A stretch of DNA of 64,000 bases from Candidatus Dadabacteria bacterium (GCA_963805855.1 CAWDVW010000006.1:270621-334620), one strand, 5' to 3'; counted from the first letter of the stretch, positions 19,856 to 30,798 are shown. Numbers and translations: made by a program. The notes: generated by a model not told the origin, from the sequence alone.

Positions 19856-21232
19856 TTAACATAATTTATCGTCAGGCTCACCGTTAGTAGGTAGTTCAGT
19901 ATCATGTGGCTGATCCCAGTCCATGCCATCATAAGCAGACCTGACCAAGGAGCGGGAAACCCGGAACTTACCGCTCGGTTCGATTCGGATCTCAGGCACT
20001 AAAAGGATCCGAAACTCTACTCCCTGTCCTAGTACAGAGATTACAGACTCCTCAAGTTGTGCAATTTCCTGAATTGTGGGAGTCCTATGGGGCACTATTC
20101 GCAAGACTACGCGATCTTCGCTTTCTTGAGTCAACTGATATTGGCGGATCCAAGGGGCATCATAAAATAATAAAGAAATCTCATAAGGATGTATCATACG
20201 TCCTCCGGGAAGTTGAAAGTAATCAAGCATGCGGCCCTGTATTGCCCTTATGGTCGAAAACGGCTGTCCACATCGACATGTTTCAAATCCTTTCGTGACA
20301 ATGTCACCGAGTCGGTATCGGATGAATGGCATTGCAAATGAGTGTAAGTTAGTTCCCACGACCTCGCCCCGCTCACCTATAGCTGCAGGGCGCCCGTCCT
20401 TAACAATCTCGACGATTACACTATCATCACAGGTATGAAGGTCGCCTGTCTTTATGCATTCCCAAGCGATCAAACTGAATTCGTGGCTGCCATAAGTGTC
20501 AAATACCGGGACTTTGAAAGCCTCTGTAATTTGACGTCGCATCGGAGGAGTAAGTACCTCGCCGTTCACTCTTACAGACCGGGGCCGGACTAGCCGCCTA
20601 TCCTCATCGTCTAAAGTTTGAGCCACACGTGAAAGCACTCCCGGGGATCCAGTCAAAATGTCGGGACGGTAATGCCGCAATGCGCTAAGAATTTTCTCGG
20701 GGGGCAAAAGGCGATTAATCCGAACTCTGCGATACAAATGTATAGCTTGTAGGATTTGCGTAATAATTCGGTTGTCGTTTGGGTCCAACGGTCTAACAAG
20801 GCCAATGCTGGCGACCCTATCTGTGGATCTTTGTCCATGATAAGACATGGCACGCAGTCGAAACAGGAAAAGGATACGCCGCTCAAGCCAGCTGTGTCTA
20901 ATTGTGAACGGTTCGCCTGAGGAACCACTGGTCCTGTGGGCAATAAGGTTTTTTGGATTTAGACCCTGTGCCACCACATCTTCAGGCGGCAACGATTGCA
21001 AATCCTTCTTGGAGGTGACTGGTATTATAGAGAGATCTGCCACACTCTGGATGTCTTTTGGCTTAATACGGTTCTGATCAAACAACCTGCGGTAATAGGG
21101 AACATTCTCATAAGCATGATTAATGACTCGACGCAACTGCCTGTTCTGGAAACAAACGATCTTATCCCGTCCCAGTTTGGGGAGAAGTAGAAGTGGGTAA
21201 AATACGGAGAATCGGCTTAAAAGATCGTTCAT
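19856..21232 (-). CDS. Phenylacetate-CoA ligase / CapK family adenylate-forming enzyme
   Basis: HAYENVPYYR, RTSGSSGEP, DTYGSHE, MPFIRYRLGD, IQGR, PSGKFR. Confidence 0.9.
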   Translation of the reverse strand: MNDLLSRFSVFYPLLLLPKLGRDKIVCFQNRQLRRVINHAYENVPYYRRLFDQNRIKPKDIQSVADLSIIPVTSKKDLQSLPPEDVVAQGLNPKNLIAHRTSGSSGEPFTIRHSWLERRILFLFRLRAMSYHGQRSTDRVASIGLVRPLDPNDNRIITQILQAIHLYRRVRINRLLPPEKILSALRHYRPDILTGSPGVLSRVAQTLDDEDRRLVRPRSVRVNGEVLTPPMRRQITEAFKVPVFDTYGSHEFSLIAWECIKTGDLHTCDDSVIVEIVKDGRPAAIGERGEVVGTNLHSFAMPFIRYRLGDIVTKGFETCRCGQPFSTIRAIQGRMLDYFQLPGGRMIHPYEISLLFYDAPWIRQYQLTQESEDRVVLRIVPHRTPTIQEIAQLEESVISVLGQGVEFRILLVPEIRIEPSGKFRVSRSLVRSAYDGMDWDQPHDTELPTNGEPDDKLC

Positions 21233-21266
21233 TGACTCCCTAATTTATAAACTTAACTTGCACCAA

Positions 21267-22657
21267 TCAACCTATTTTATCGCCATGCCTAACAGCAGCG
21301 TGTAGTCTGTCACTCTGAGGTTGATCCCAATCAATTCCGTCATAATCAGACTTTACATAGGATCGAGCAAGCCGGAACTTGCCATCAGGTTCGAGGTTGA
21401 TTTCAGGCAGAAGCTTTATACAAAATTCCACATCCTGCCCCACTTTGGTATATACCACCTGTTTAAGTCGGTCGATTTGCTGTGTTGTGGGAGTTGTGAA
21501 CGGAACTACATGCAAGGTGATACGATCCTCCTGTTCTTGAATCAATTGATATTTACGAATCCACGATGCTTCGTCGTATATGATCAACACAAATTCATAG
21601 GGGTGTATCATACGCCCCCCAGGGAGTGGAAAGTAGTCCATCATGCGACCCTGGATTGCCTTTATAGTTGAGAATGGCTGACCGCATTTACAGGTCTCTG
21701 ATCCCTTTGTAACTATGTCACCGAGACGGTATCGGATGAACGGCATAGCAAATGAATGAAGGTTTGTTCCCACCACCTCGCCCCGTTCTCCTTGTGCTAC
21801 AGGCCGACCATTCTTTAGGACCTCGACGACGATGTTGTCGTCGCAAGTGTGTAACTCACCCGTTTCTTTGCATTCCCACCCAATAGCTCCGAATTCGCGA
21901 CAGGCGTAGTAGTCGAACACCGGAACACAAAAAGCTTGGGTAATCTCGCGTTTCATCAAGGGAGTAGCTACCTGCCCATTAACTCTGACAAAGCGGGGAA
22001 AATTTCTAGATGATCCTTATTGTTATTGTTGACGGCCTGGGCCACTTCTGAGAGTATCCCTGCGTGTCCTGTCAGAATATTGGGACGGAAATCCTGCAAT
22101 GTGCGGACAATATCCTTTGGGGACATTAGCGAATCAATTCGCTTATAATGATACAGACCAAGTGTCTGAAGGATACGCATGGGAAATTGGATGTTGCGTG
22201 GGTGTATGGGATGAATAAGGCCAACGCTTGCTACCTTGTCCGTGGGTCTTTGCCCAAAGTAACGCATGCTGCGCAGCCGAATTAGACTGAGGAAACGCTC
22301 CTCAAGCCAAGTTCGTCGAATCTTGAAGGGTTCGCCGCTAGAACCGCTCGTCCTGAGGACAATGAGGTGTTCGGGATTTACACCCCTCGCCACCATATCG
22401 TCAGCAGGCAATGATTGCAAATCCTTCTTGGTGGTAACTGGTATCATACTGAGGTCTGCCACACTCTGGATGTCTTTTGGCTTAATACGGTTCTGATCAA
22501 ACAGCCTGTGGTAGTAAGGGACATTCTGGTAAGCGTGCGAGATAAGACGACGCAACTGCTTGTTTTGAAATGCTACGATCTCGTCTCGCGATACATTAGG
22601 ATGACGAAGAAGAGAAGGTATCACAGAGAGTTGGTTTAAGACAGTGTTAATTGGCAT
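21267..22657 (-). CDS. Second CapK/PaaK family ligase (1-nt deletion in a C run ~21997)
   Basis: The two ORFs 21968-22657 and 21267-21959 are the N- and C-terminal halves, colinear with the adjacent paralog. One extra C gives IFPRFVRVNGQVATPLMKR. Confidence 0.88.
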
Positions 22658-22907
22658 GACTCGCTTATAGATATTGTACCAGAATTCATCCTATTCCCTG
22701 ACGATAGATTGTCACAAAATCCAAATTCAGGTTGAACAAAAGGGAAACGATTTCAGTTTGGAGCTTTAGTCACCGCGTGACTCAGTTGGACTTTACCATT
22801 TTCCAATAACACGTACAAAGAGTGTTTTTGAAAAATCAATCATGTGTTGTACCTAAATAGATCCTATCAGCTGTGCGTTGTATTCAGACATGGCGAAGCA
22901 AACTGGA

Positions 22908-24506
22908 CTAATCTTGCCGGGCAAATACGCCCAGAGCCTTGGCCACTTTCGTCTCAATCGGAAAGCGCGCATCCATATTACTTACGCGGTACCTTGCCAA
23001 TGGTCGATAAAGCTTTGCTAATCCAACAACTATCGGACTAGTTTTCTTATAAGGATTGACGAAATGCCCATCTCCCAAGAAAATCAAGGGGAAATCCAAT
23101 CCCTCTACCAGCTTCCTCGTCTCCGGTGGGACCCAGGGAGCATCACTGGCTACGCGTCGAAAGTTAAAGCGTGCCCAGTCTTCTAATCTTTCAGGTTTCC
23201 TGAGTCCGTGCTGAAGCGCAACATGATAAAGCTCCGTACCCGGGTAGGGAGTGTAAATGTTGAAACTCTTGACGGCCTTTGGATTTTCTTCAACGAGTCG
23301 CTCTGCCAAACGTATACTCTGGGCAAACTCGTCAGGGGTTTCTGTGGGCAGTCCCATCATGAATAGATAAAGCGGGACAATGGGATAGGGAATCAACTTC
23401 CGGCCGGCCTCTATCACCTGTTCGAGTTTGATATCTTTCTTGATCAAGTCTAAGATTCTCTGGCTACCTGATTCAATCCCAATGGTTAGGCGCCTGACGC
23501 CAGCTCTAACCATCAGTTTGAGAAAGGCGTCATCCATTCTACAAATGGTATCCGCACGAATTTGAAGTTTTCCAATGCTGATTTTGAGGTCAGCACGAAC
23601 TATTTCCTCTAAAATTCCGTATGCCCGTTTCATATCAATGAAAAAATGATCGTCCGAGAAGTTAAAACCTCGAATACCATAATCTTGGATTATTCGCTTC
23701 AACTGGTCTACCACGGTTTTCGGTTGCATCGCTCTCCACTTTCTCTTGTGCAAAACGGGATCCCAGCAAAAGCTACATCGGAAAGTGCAGCCTCGGCTTG
23801 AATTGAAGCTGAAGTGGTCAACTCCAAAGAGTTTCCTCCGATAGTGGCTCATGTCGACTAGACGGTAGGAAAGAGGTGGTTGCTCGTCTAGATTTACAAA
23901 AGGGCGTTCGCCAGTCCAGCGTATTTTATAATTGCCATTGGTACTCACTGTTACAGGTTCATTTTTCTCATGCGTTCCCAGAACGGACAAACCTAAAGGA
24001 TCATCAGGCCTGATAGTTTGGGTAGCCTCTGATTTGCCATTTTTACCACTGTTGTATTCTTTATAGCATATGCCTTTCACAGTGCTAAGAGGTGTGCCTG
24101 ACTCCAGGGCTTTCACCAATTCTTCAAAAGTGACTTCGCCCTCACCCACAACCACAATATCAACTAGGGGATTCTCCAGCGTTTGTTGGGGTAACAGACT
24201 GGCATGAATACCGCCCCAGACGATGGGAACATTTGGATGCCATTTCCTAAAAACCTTGCAGGCCTCTAAAGCGCGCAGGATCTGCGGCCCTGTCATGCAG
24301 GTAACCCCGAAACATATCGGTCTTTCTTCAAGGGCTTCCACGAATTCCCTTTTCCAATGGGGATCTGCAAATTGATCGATGATCCTGATGCGATATCCCT
24401 GGAGGTCGAGTGGCGTAGCAGTACTCAGGAGGCTTAAAGGAACTTCAATGCGTCGCTGTGCCTGCCACCCACTACGGGGTGCAGGATTAAATAACACTAT
24501 ATACAT
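22908..24506 (-). CDS. Cobalamin-binding radical SAM enzyme (class B methyltransferase-like)
   Basis: N-terminal B12-binding domain (VWGGIHAS, VVGEGE), SSRGCTFRCSFC (CxxxCxxC), GIESGS, PYPGT. Confidence 0.92.
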   Translation of the reverse strand: MYIVLFNPAPRSGWQAQRRIEVPLSLLSTATPLDLQGYRIRIIDQFADPHWKREFVEALEERPICFGVTCMTGPQILRALEACKVFRKWHPNVPIVWGGIHASLLPQQTLENPLVDIVVVGEGEVTFEELVKALESGTPLSTVKGICYKEYNSGKNGKSEATQTIRPDDPLGLSVLGTHEKNEPVTVSTNGNYKIRWTGERPFVNLDEQPPLSYRLVDMSHYRRKLFGVDHFSFNSSRGCTFRCSFCWDPVLHKRKWRAMQPKTVVDQLKRIIQDYGIRGFNFSDDHFFIDMKRAYGILEEIVRADLKISIGKLQIRADTICRMDDAFLKLMVRAGVRRLTIGIESGSQRILDLIKKDIKLEQVIEAGRKLIPYPIVPLYLFMMGLPTETPDEFAQSIRLAERLVEENPKAVKSFNIYTPYPGTELYHVALQHGLRKPERLEDWARFNFRRVASDAPWVPPETRKLVEGLDFPLIFLGDGHFVNPYKKTSPIVVGLAKLYRPLARYRVSNMDARFPIETKVAKALGVFARQD

Positions 24507-24596
24507 TAATAAGCTCCATCAGACCTTAAATTTCCTACCATGACCAAAGACGAAGTTGTGTGAAATTCCCAATTGATTTGGGTTTTAGAAACACAA

Positions 24597-25559
24597 TCAC
24601 ATTTTAGTATATTTTCTGACCGAGTCAACAAGGCTTGGATCAAAAGCCTCAAACAACCCAGGATCTTTCAAGTGACTTGGCGACTTATGACTAAAGATAT
24701 ATTCACCGACGATCGGTGCTAACTTGTACGTGGCAACACCGCTTTCTCGCTCAATAGTCTTGGACAACTGTCTTAAGTTTTCCAAATTTACTCGGGCATC
24801 AAAGCCTTTTATATACAGATTTAAAGCAACCTGTTCCAATGAAGCGTTTCCAGCCCTATCTCCTAACCCGTTTACAGTTACGTCTAACCCATCTGCACCC
24901 GCATAAACAGCAGCCAAAGAATTTGCAGTCGCTAAACCAAGATCATTATGCCCGTGGAAAAATAGAGTATTATCAATATCCTGTTTTAATCTTTTAATTA
25001 AATCATAAACCGCAAAGGGATCCGAGCTGCCATTCGTATCATAAACAGTTATTCTTTTGGCTCCCTTGTTGCTGCTTTCTATGGCTATCTCCATCAGGAA
25101 TTCAATTTCTATTTGAGTGGAATGTGGAAAACCTACACCTATATCTGGATGAATGGATGAGGAATAAGTCAGCACATCTACGAGAAGTTTTATCTTGGAA
25201 TTTTTATCATGTGGTTTCCTTTTCGGAGATACTGGCATTAATATATCGAATCTATCCAGGTGCTTAGATGCTTCTATAACTTCTTCTTCAAACACTTTAC
25301 TATAAGAATATATCAAACCCGAGGTTCTTAATTTTAATCTCTCCTGTTTAAGTGTTTTTACAAATTCAATATCTTTAAGAACTCTACTGGGGGCCACAAC
25401 CTCGATTTCAGGCACTTTTGCCTCATCAAGCAGTTTTGCTATCTTTAATTTTTGCTCTAGCGAAAAACTTACATTTGGGACGTCCAATCCCTCTCTTAAA
25501 GTAGAGTCTTTGATAATGATTTTTTTGAATGATTGACCCTGCAAATTAAAACCTCTCAT
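24597..25559 (-). CDS. DRE-TIM metallolyase (homocitrate/isopropylmalate synthase-like), no regulatory domain
   Basis: DSTLREG, YDTNG, HGHNDLGLATANSLAA, NGLGDRAGNA, APIVGEYIFSH; 320 aa. Confidence 0.85.
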   Translation of the reverse strand: MRGFNLQGQSFKKIIIKDSTLREGLDVPNVSFSLEQKLKIAKLLDEAKVPEIEVVAPSRVLKDIEFVKTLKQERLKLRTSGLIYSYSKVFEEEVIEASKHLDRFDILMPVSPKRKPHDKNSKIKLLVDVLTYSSSIHPDIGVGFPHSTQIEIEFLMEIAIESSNKGAKRITVYDTNGSSDPFAVYDLIKRLKQDIDNTLFFHGHNDLGLATANSLAAVYAGADGLDVTVNGLGDRAGNASLEQVALNLYIKGFDARVNLENLRQLSKTIERESGVATYKLAPIVGEYIFSHKSPSHLKDPGLFEAFDPSLVDSVRKYTKM

Positions 25560-26089
25560 GATGAATCAAATCCGTCAAAGGTCTGAGTTCTTTTGGTTTA
25601 GGTTTTTCCTCTGGATAGCCCATAGGAATAATCGAGATAGGGTCAACATTTGAGGGGATACCTAGGATTTGTCTGATTTCATTCGATATCCCGGGTTCAT
25701 TTGCACTATATGCTGAAAGGTAAACACTTCGCTAATCCCCTGCTGTGTGCCCCAAATAATATAATCGAACTGGCCAATATGCCATTTTCAATCTCTCGAT
25801 CATAGGATTTTTCCTTATCAACACACACTACGATTATCAAGGCGGCATCCGTCATAAAGTCTGCTTTATACATTCTTTTTTCTTCTGGACAATATCTATT
25901 CTTTATTGCGGCTAATTGTTTCTTGGTGCTTTCCTTTTTAATAACTATAAAGTGCCAGGGTTGACCGTTCATAGAAGACGGAGCGTAACGAGCTAGTTCT
26001 AATAATTCTTCGATTACCGAATTGGGGATATCCCTTTTATGATATTTTCTAATAGACCTCCGTTCCTTGATGGCTTTTTCCAATTCCAT
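25546..26089 (-). CDS. Nitroreductase family flavoprotein (frameshift ~25730)
   Basis: RRSIRKY, APSSMNGQPWHF. The alternative frame continues SVYLSAYSANEPG...ILGIPSNVDPISIIPMGYPEEKPKPKELRPL...HHERF* to 25546. Confidence 0.85.
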
Positions 26090-26424
26090 TAGTTGCTACG
26101 AGCAATTAAATATGATTTTCTGGATAAATTACTTGACGATAATGAGCTCAATTTAATAAGTCGAAGGATATCATCACCCTGTTTAAATGCAAATTTGACT
26201 GGGCTGAACCCCAGATTCTGCAAGGCCTGCTTCCCAAAGGGCAACTTTCTTAATCCCCGCGGTTAGAACCGCGTGCGATACAACAGATATAAGATATATT
26301 AGTAATAGGTACAAAAAAGTAAATATGGCACCAAAGCATCTTTTTGCATTTCATACGGTGAATCAAAAAATGTAGATTTTATTATTAAATAGTAATTTCT
26401 CAATTGCTCAATGTCGCTATATTA

Positions 26425-26607
26425 TCAACGACAAGGTGGTGCTTCATCACGGAAGTCTTTGATCATATGAAAGGTTTTTAGCAGTTTATCTTCTCTTCTA
26501 CCGGCCAAAGTTACTTTTGCTCCTTCTCTGGCAAAAAGAAGGGTAGTGGCCTTGCCTATTCCTGTTCCCCCACGGGAGACAATTGCAATCTTGCCTTTCA
26601 ATTCCAT
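26425..26607 (-). pseudogene. N-terminal fragment of an SDR oxidoreductase
   Basis: MELKGKIAIVSRGGTGIGKA...FAREGAKV..AGRR (Rossmann start with damaged TG motif). Stops at 60 aa with no recognisable continuation. Confidence 0.75.
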
Positions 26608-26697
26608 ATCGTTACACTCTAAGAGACTTTCAGAGTAGTTAGAAATATAATTAGAGATTTAGGCTTTCTCCGATCCTACGTAATTACGGGGTAAAAA

Positions 26698-28524
26698 TTG
26701 CTTTTAATGATTGTTATTGCGGTTATTGCGGGAGTTGTATCACAAATCCTTTCTGTAATCATAGGATTACCCAGCATAGTCATGCTTTTTATAGTGGGAA
26801 TCTTTTTGGGCCCGGAAGTATTGGGTTTTCTGGATCCTGAGGTATTTGGGACGGGTTTTGAAACAATTATAAGACTGTGCGTTGCCATAATACTTTTTGA
26901 GGCTGGTCTGAACCTTGATAAATCAGAGATAAAAAAACACCAGAAAATAATATTGCCTTTGATTACATACGGTGCATTGATCACAATGGTATTCGGGGCT
27001 ATATTCGCCATCATTATAACTGACTTACCTTGGTCCCTGGCGTTTCTTTTTGGCTCTTTAGTCATTGTGACTGGTCCGACGGTGATTCATCCCCTGTTGA
27101 GAAGAATAAAGGTGGAGTCAAGGTTGAAGAACATCCTGGAGACCGAGGGTGTAATCATCGATCCTATAGGTGCTATAATAGCAATTTTTGTTTTTGAGCT
27201 GATATTGGAGGAATCTCACTCACTCTTGTTTAATGTGTTTCTTGTGTTTTGGAGACTTGGGATGGGGATTGTAATCGGCGTTGTTGGAGGTTACGTAATA
27301 GGGAAGATCGTAATGAAATTCTCTCTTATTATGGAGGACTTTGTAGATCTATTTGTCTTAGCCTCTGCGCTGGGAATTTATGCATTGTCTGAAGCCGTAA
27401 TACCCGAGTCAGGTTTGATGGCGGCCGTAGCTTCCGGGGCAATCCTGGGTAATATGGACATTCCGGAAGAAGAACCCCTTAAAAAATTCAAGGGAAAGCT
27501 TTCAATACTAGTTATATCAGTATTATTTGTCTTGTTGGCTGCAAACTTAGAAATTCGGCATGTTATCTCCTTAGGTTGGAGGGGGGTCATTGTAGTTCTA
27601 GCAATACTAATGATTGTGCGGCCACTGCAGATATTCTTAACAACCCTCGGATCGGATCTCCGTTTCAACGAAAAAGTGTTTCTATCGTGTATAAGTCCGA
27701 GAGGAATAATCGCGGCATCTGTGGCGTCTATTTTTGCCTTACAGCTAACTAAAAAGGGGATTCAGGGGGGAGACCTGGTCCAGGGACTGGTTTTCTTGAC
27801 GATCGGTATTTCAGTAGTTCTACAGGGGACAACTGCTAATACGGTTGCAAAACTTCTGGGTGTCCTTGTTCGAAGTCAAAAAGCAGTGATAGTAGGGGCT
27901 AATGCTTTCGGTAGGGTTGTTGGCAAGCTGCTAAAGATGAACGGGAAAGAAGTCGGATTTGTTGATACTAATGAATACCTTGTGAGATTGGCAACTCAAG
28001 AAGGATTTGAAGCTATTGAAGGTAATAGCCTTGACTTGGATGTTTTGGAGAAAATAGGATTGGGCGATGCAGACACAACTCTTGCGGTTACCACCAGCAA
28101 CAAGGTGAACATATTTGTCAGTAGGCTTTCCAAAATAGATTTCGGCATAAAGAATTCAATCCCGGTTTTGAATAAGATGAGAGGGGACCTTGATAAAACG
28201 ACTGCAGAAAAGTTAGGTTTAGATATTGCCTTCGGTAGAGCCCTGAGCATGTATGATGTTAATCCGAAGATAGCAAAGGGGGAATATAGGATTTTGGAGT
28301 GTATATTGGTAGATTCAACGAATGTAAAAACGGTTGAAGATTTATCCCTGCCAGGTGAGTTTATTCCTATTTTGGTAGTCGGCTCAAAATCTAAAATGCC
28401 AATGATTTGCAAGAGTAGTCTCGCCATGGGAGAGGGTGATAAAATTGTCATTATGGACCTAAGTAATGGTTCGAAAAAGCTAGATAGCGTTTTTCTTAAA
28501 GACTGTTCTCAATTGAAGTTATAG
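26698..28524 (+). CDS. CPA1 cation:proton antiporter with C-terminal TrkA-N (RCK) domain
   Basis: ILFEAGL, VTGPTVI, EGVIIDPIG, SPRGIIAASVA, followed by IVGANAFGR RCK domain. Confidence 0.9.
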   Translation: MLLMIVIAVIAGVVSQILSVIIGLPSIVMLFIVGIFLGPEVLGFLDPEVFGTGFETIIRLCVAIILFEAGLNLDKSEIKKHQKIILPLITYGALITMVFGAIFAIIITDLPWSLAFLFGSLVIVTGPTVIHPLLRRIKVESRLKNILETEGVIIDPIGAIIAIFVFELILEESHSLLFNVFLVFWRLGMGIVIGVVGGYVIGKIVMKFSLIMEDFVDLFVLASALGIYALSEAVIPESGLMAAVASGAILGNMDIPEEEPLKKFKGKLSILVISVLFVLLAANLEIRHVISLGWRGVIVVLAILMIVRPLQIFLTTLGSDLRFNEKVFLSCISPRGIIAASVASIFALQLTKKGIQGGDLVQGLVFLTIGISVVLQGTTANTVAKLLGVLVRSQKAVIVGANAFGRVVGKLLKMNGKEVGFVDTNEYLVRLATQEGFEAIEGNSLDLDVLEKIGLGDADTTLAVTTSNKVNIFVSRLSKIDFGIKNSIPVLNKMRGDLDKTTAEKLGLDIAFGRALSMYDVNPKIAKGEYRILECILVDSTNVKTVEDLSLPGEFIPILVVGSKSKMPMICKSSLAMGEGDKIVIMDLSNGSKKLDSVFLKDCSQLKL

Positions 28525-28816
28525 ATGGGCATGATGTCTCTCCATTAGCATCTTCGACGGATAATCTGAAGATTCCTTGAGTGCTTTCGATTGGATAGAT
28601 AGAATCTATTTTTTAGAAAATCACCTTGGATGAGTGTAGAGTGATTAAAATTGCGAGTTAAGAATCGAGTAATTAACCAATCGGGTTTGATTCTCCCTAG
28701 AAAAACTTTTGGCGGAAGTTGGAGATTGCTCAAACAGGGTTAAGTTAATATGTAGACTAATCTATATTTGTTAAGGGAGTAAAAGAAGGGATATATTAAA
28801 TAAATTAGGATGGGCT

Positions 28817-29713
28817 ATGGATTTTAATGTCAGTGACTACCTCTCTAGTAGAAAGGAGTTAGTCGATAAGAAATTATTGGAGTATCTGCTGAAATCCAAG
28901 AATGATTTGAGCAAACTTCATGAATCGATGCTTTACAGCGTCATGGCAGGCGGGAAGAGGCTGAGACCTGTACTCTGTATTGCATCCTGTGAGGTATTAG
29001 GGGGTGAGATAGAAAAAGCACTCCCTGTTGCTTGTGCAATTGAGATGATTCATACATATTCATTGATTCATGATGACCTGCCATCCATGGATGATGATCT
29101 GTTAAGGCGGGGTAAACCAACTAATCATAGCGTTTATGGAGAAGCCTTGGCTATCCTAGCAGGCGATGCCCTCCTCACAGATGCCTTTTATTTCATCGTT
29201 GACGAAGGCATTTCTTCGGGCCTGAAGCCCGCTCTACTCGTAAATGTTATCAAGGACATCGCTAAGGCCTCGGGATCTCGTGGAATGGTTGGAGGGCAGG
29301 CTATTGATCTTTCACTTGAGGGTAGTAAAGAGGTTACCATAGAGATGAGCGAGAGGGTTCATTCACTGAAAACAGGCGCTTTAATCGAGGTGTCCGTAAT
29401 GACGGGTGCGAGGATCGGCGGAGCCAATAGCAAAGAGCTTTATCAACTCAATTCCTATTCGAAGGCACTGGGGCTGGCCTTCCAGATCATGGATGATGTG
29501 CTTGACATCGAAGGCGGGGGTGAAATCGGTAAAAACAGAGGAGGAGATGCCAGAAAAAAGAAGGCAACATATCCAAGTCTAATTGGACTTGAGAATACAA
29601 AGCGGATGGCTGAACAGCTAACGAAAGATGCTGTCGGTGCATTAGAAACTTTTGGTAGTCAAGCAGCGCCACTCCGTGAAATAGCCAATTATTTGGGAGG
29701 GAGAACATATTAA
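28817..29713 (+). CDS. ispA: Farnesyl/geranylgeranyl diphosphate synthase
   Basis: GGKRLRP, HTYSLIHDDLPSMDDDLLRRGKPT, GQAID, KTGAL, FQIMDDVLD. Confidence 0.95.
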   Translation: MDFNVSDYLSSRKELVDKKLLEYLLKSKNDLSKLHESMLYSVMAGGKRLRPVLCIASCEVLGGEIEKALPVACAIEMIHTYSLIHDDLPSMDDDLLRRGKPTNHSVYGEALAILAGDALLTDAFYFIVDEGISSGLKPALLVNVIKDIAKASGSRGMVGGQAIDLSLEGSKEVTIEMSERVHSLKTGALIEVSVMTGARIGGANSKELYQLNSYSKALGLAFQIMDDVLDIEGGGEIGKNRGGDARKKKATYPSLIGLENTKRMAEQLTKDAVGALETFGSQAAPLREIANYLGGRTY

Positions 29714-30446
29714 GGGGAAAGAAAGAATTGATCTATTATTGGTGAGAAGGGGATTGGTTCCCAGTAGAGCGCGGGCGCAATCCCTGCTGATGTCAGGCGT
29801 TGTATTTGTTGAAGGAACCAGGGTGGATAAAGCCGGAACACTTGTTGCGAAAGATTCTGAGATAATTATCAAAGAAGATTCCCGAAGATATGTTGGACGA
29901 GGGGGTGTAAAGCTAGAAGCAGCACTGGACAGATTCAAAATCAACGTTAACGACAGAGTTGCTCTAGATATCGGTGCGTCCACAGGTGGTTTTACAGACT
30001 GCCTTCTTCAATTTGGAGCAAGAAAGGTATACGCTATCGATGTTGGCCATGGTCAAATCGATTGGGGTCTCAGGCAGGATAAAAGGGTTGTTGTCATGGA
30101 GAAGGTAAACGCCAGGTATTTAAAACCAGAAGACATAGGTGAGTTGGTTGATATTTCTACGATTGATGTATCCTTCATTTCACTCACATTGATAATCCCT
30201 CGGGTGAAGAATTTACTTAAACCGAAAGGAATACTGATCGCCCTGATAAAACCGCAATTCGAGGTTGGTAAGGGTGAGGTGGGAAAGAAGGGTGTAGTAC
30301 GGGATGAATCTAAATACGCTGTCGTAATAGAGAAGATTACTTCATTCTTAGAGGGAGAATACTTTGATATTATCGGAGTTATGCCTTCACCCATCCTAGG
30401 TGCAGAAGGGAATAAAGAATTTCTTGTTGCGGGAGTCAAAAATTGA
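29709..30446 (+). CDS. tlyA: TlyA family rRNA 2'-O-methyltransferase
   Basis: S4 domain, YVGRGGVKL, DIGASTGGFTD, DVSFISL, LIKPQFE, GAEGNKEF. Conserved KERIDLLL lies upstream of the listed TTG (29739), so the start is tentatively placed at ATT 29709. Confidence 0.92.
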   Translation: MKGKERIDLLLVRRGLVPSRARAQSLLMSGVVFVEGTRVDKAGTLVAKDSEIIIKEDSRRYVGRGGVKLEAALDRFKINVNDRVALDIGASTGGFTDCLLQFGARKVYAIDVGHGQIDWGLRQDKRVVVMEKVNARYLKPEDIGELVDISTIDVSFISLTLIIPRVKNLLKPKGILIALIKPQFEVGKGEVGKKGVVRDESKYAVVIEKITSFLEGEYFDIIGVMPSPILGAEGNKEFLVAGVKN

Positions 30447-30563
30447 GTTGGGCCTCGATTTAACGTGATAACTACCTGATGACACCCGGTGTAAGCGTAC
30501 TGCTGTCATTTGCTCTTCAGAAGTACTCAGGATAAGCTGGGAAGTTGAACTACTCTCAGGGTC

Positions 30564-30639
30564 TGTCATTCCCAAACGCAGTTATTGGGAATCCATAGAC
30601 ATCCAGCTGGATCCCCGACAAAAGTGCTCGGGGATGACA
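30564..30639. repeat. Palindromic repeat pair TGTCATTCCC...GGGAATCCA / TGGATCCCCG...CGGGGATGACA
   Basis: Same family as 16322-16398 and 43059-43202. Lies between convergent tlyA and fsa. Confidence 0.8.
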
Positions 30640-30798
30640 ACCGGAACGTCCTCACAAATTAATCGAATCGCAAGCCTATCGGGACAAGAATGTCCCGACT
30701 ATCCGTAACAAATACTTTATCAATAAGGATAGGCGGGGTTTTCCAACCCCGCATGGAGAAAACATAAGGATTGGAAACAAACCTGTCATCACCTGAAA

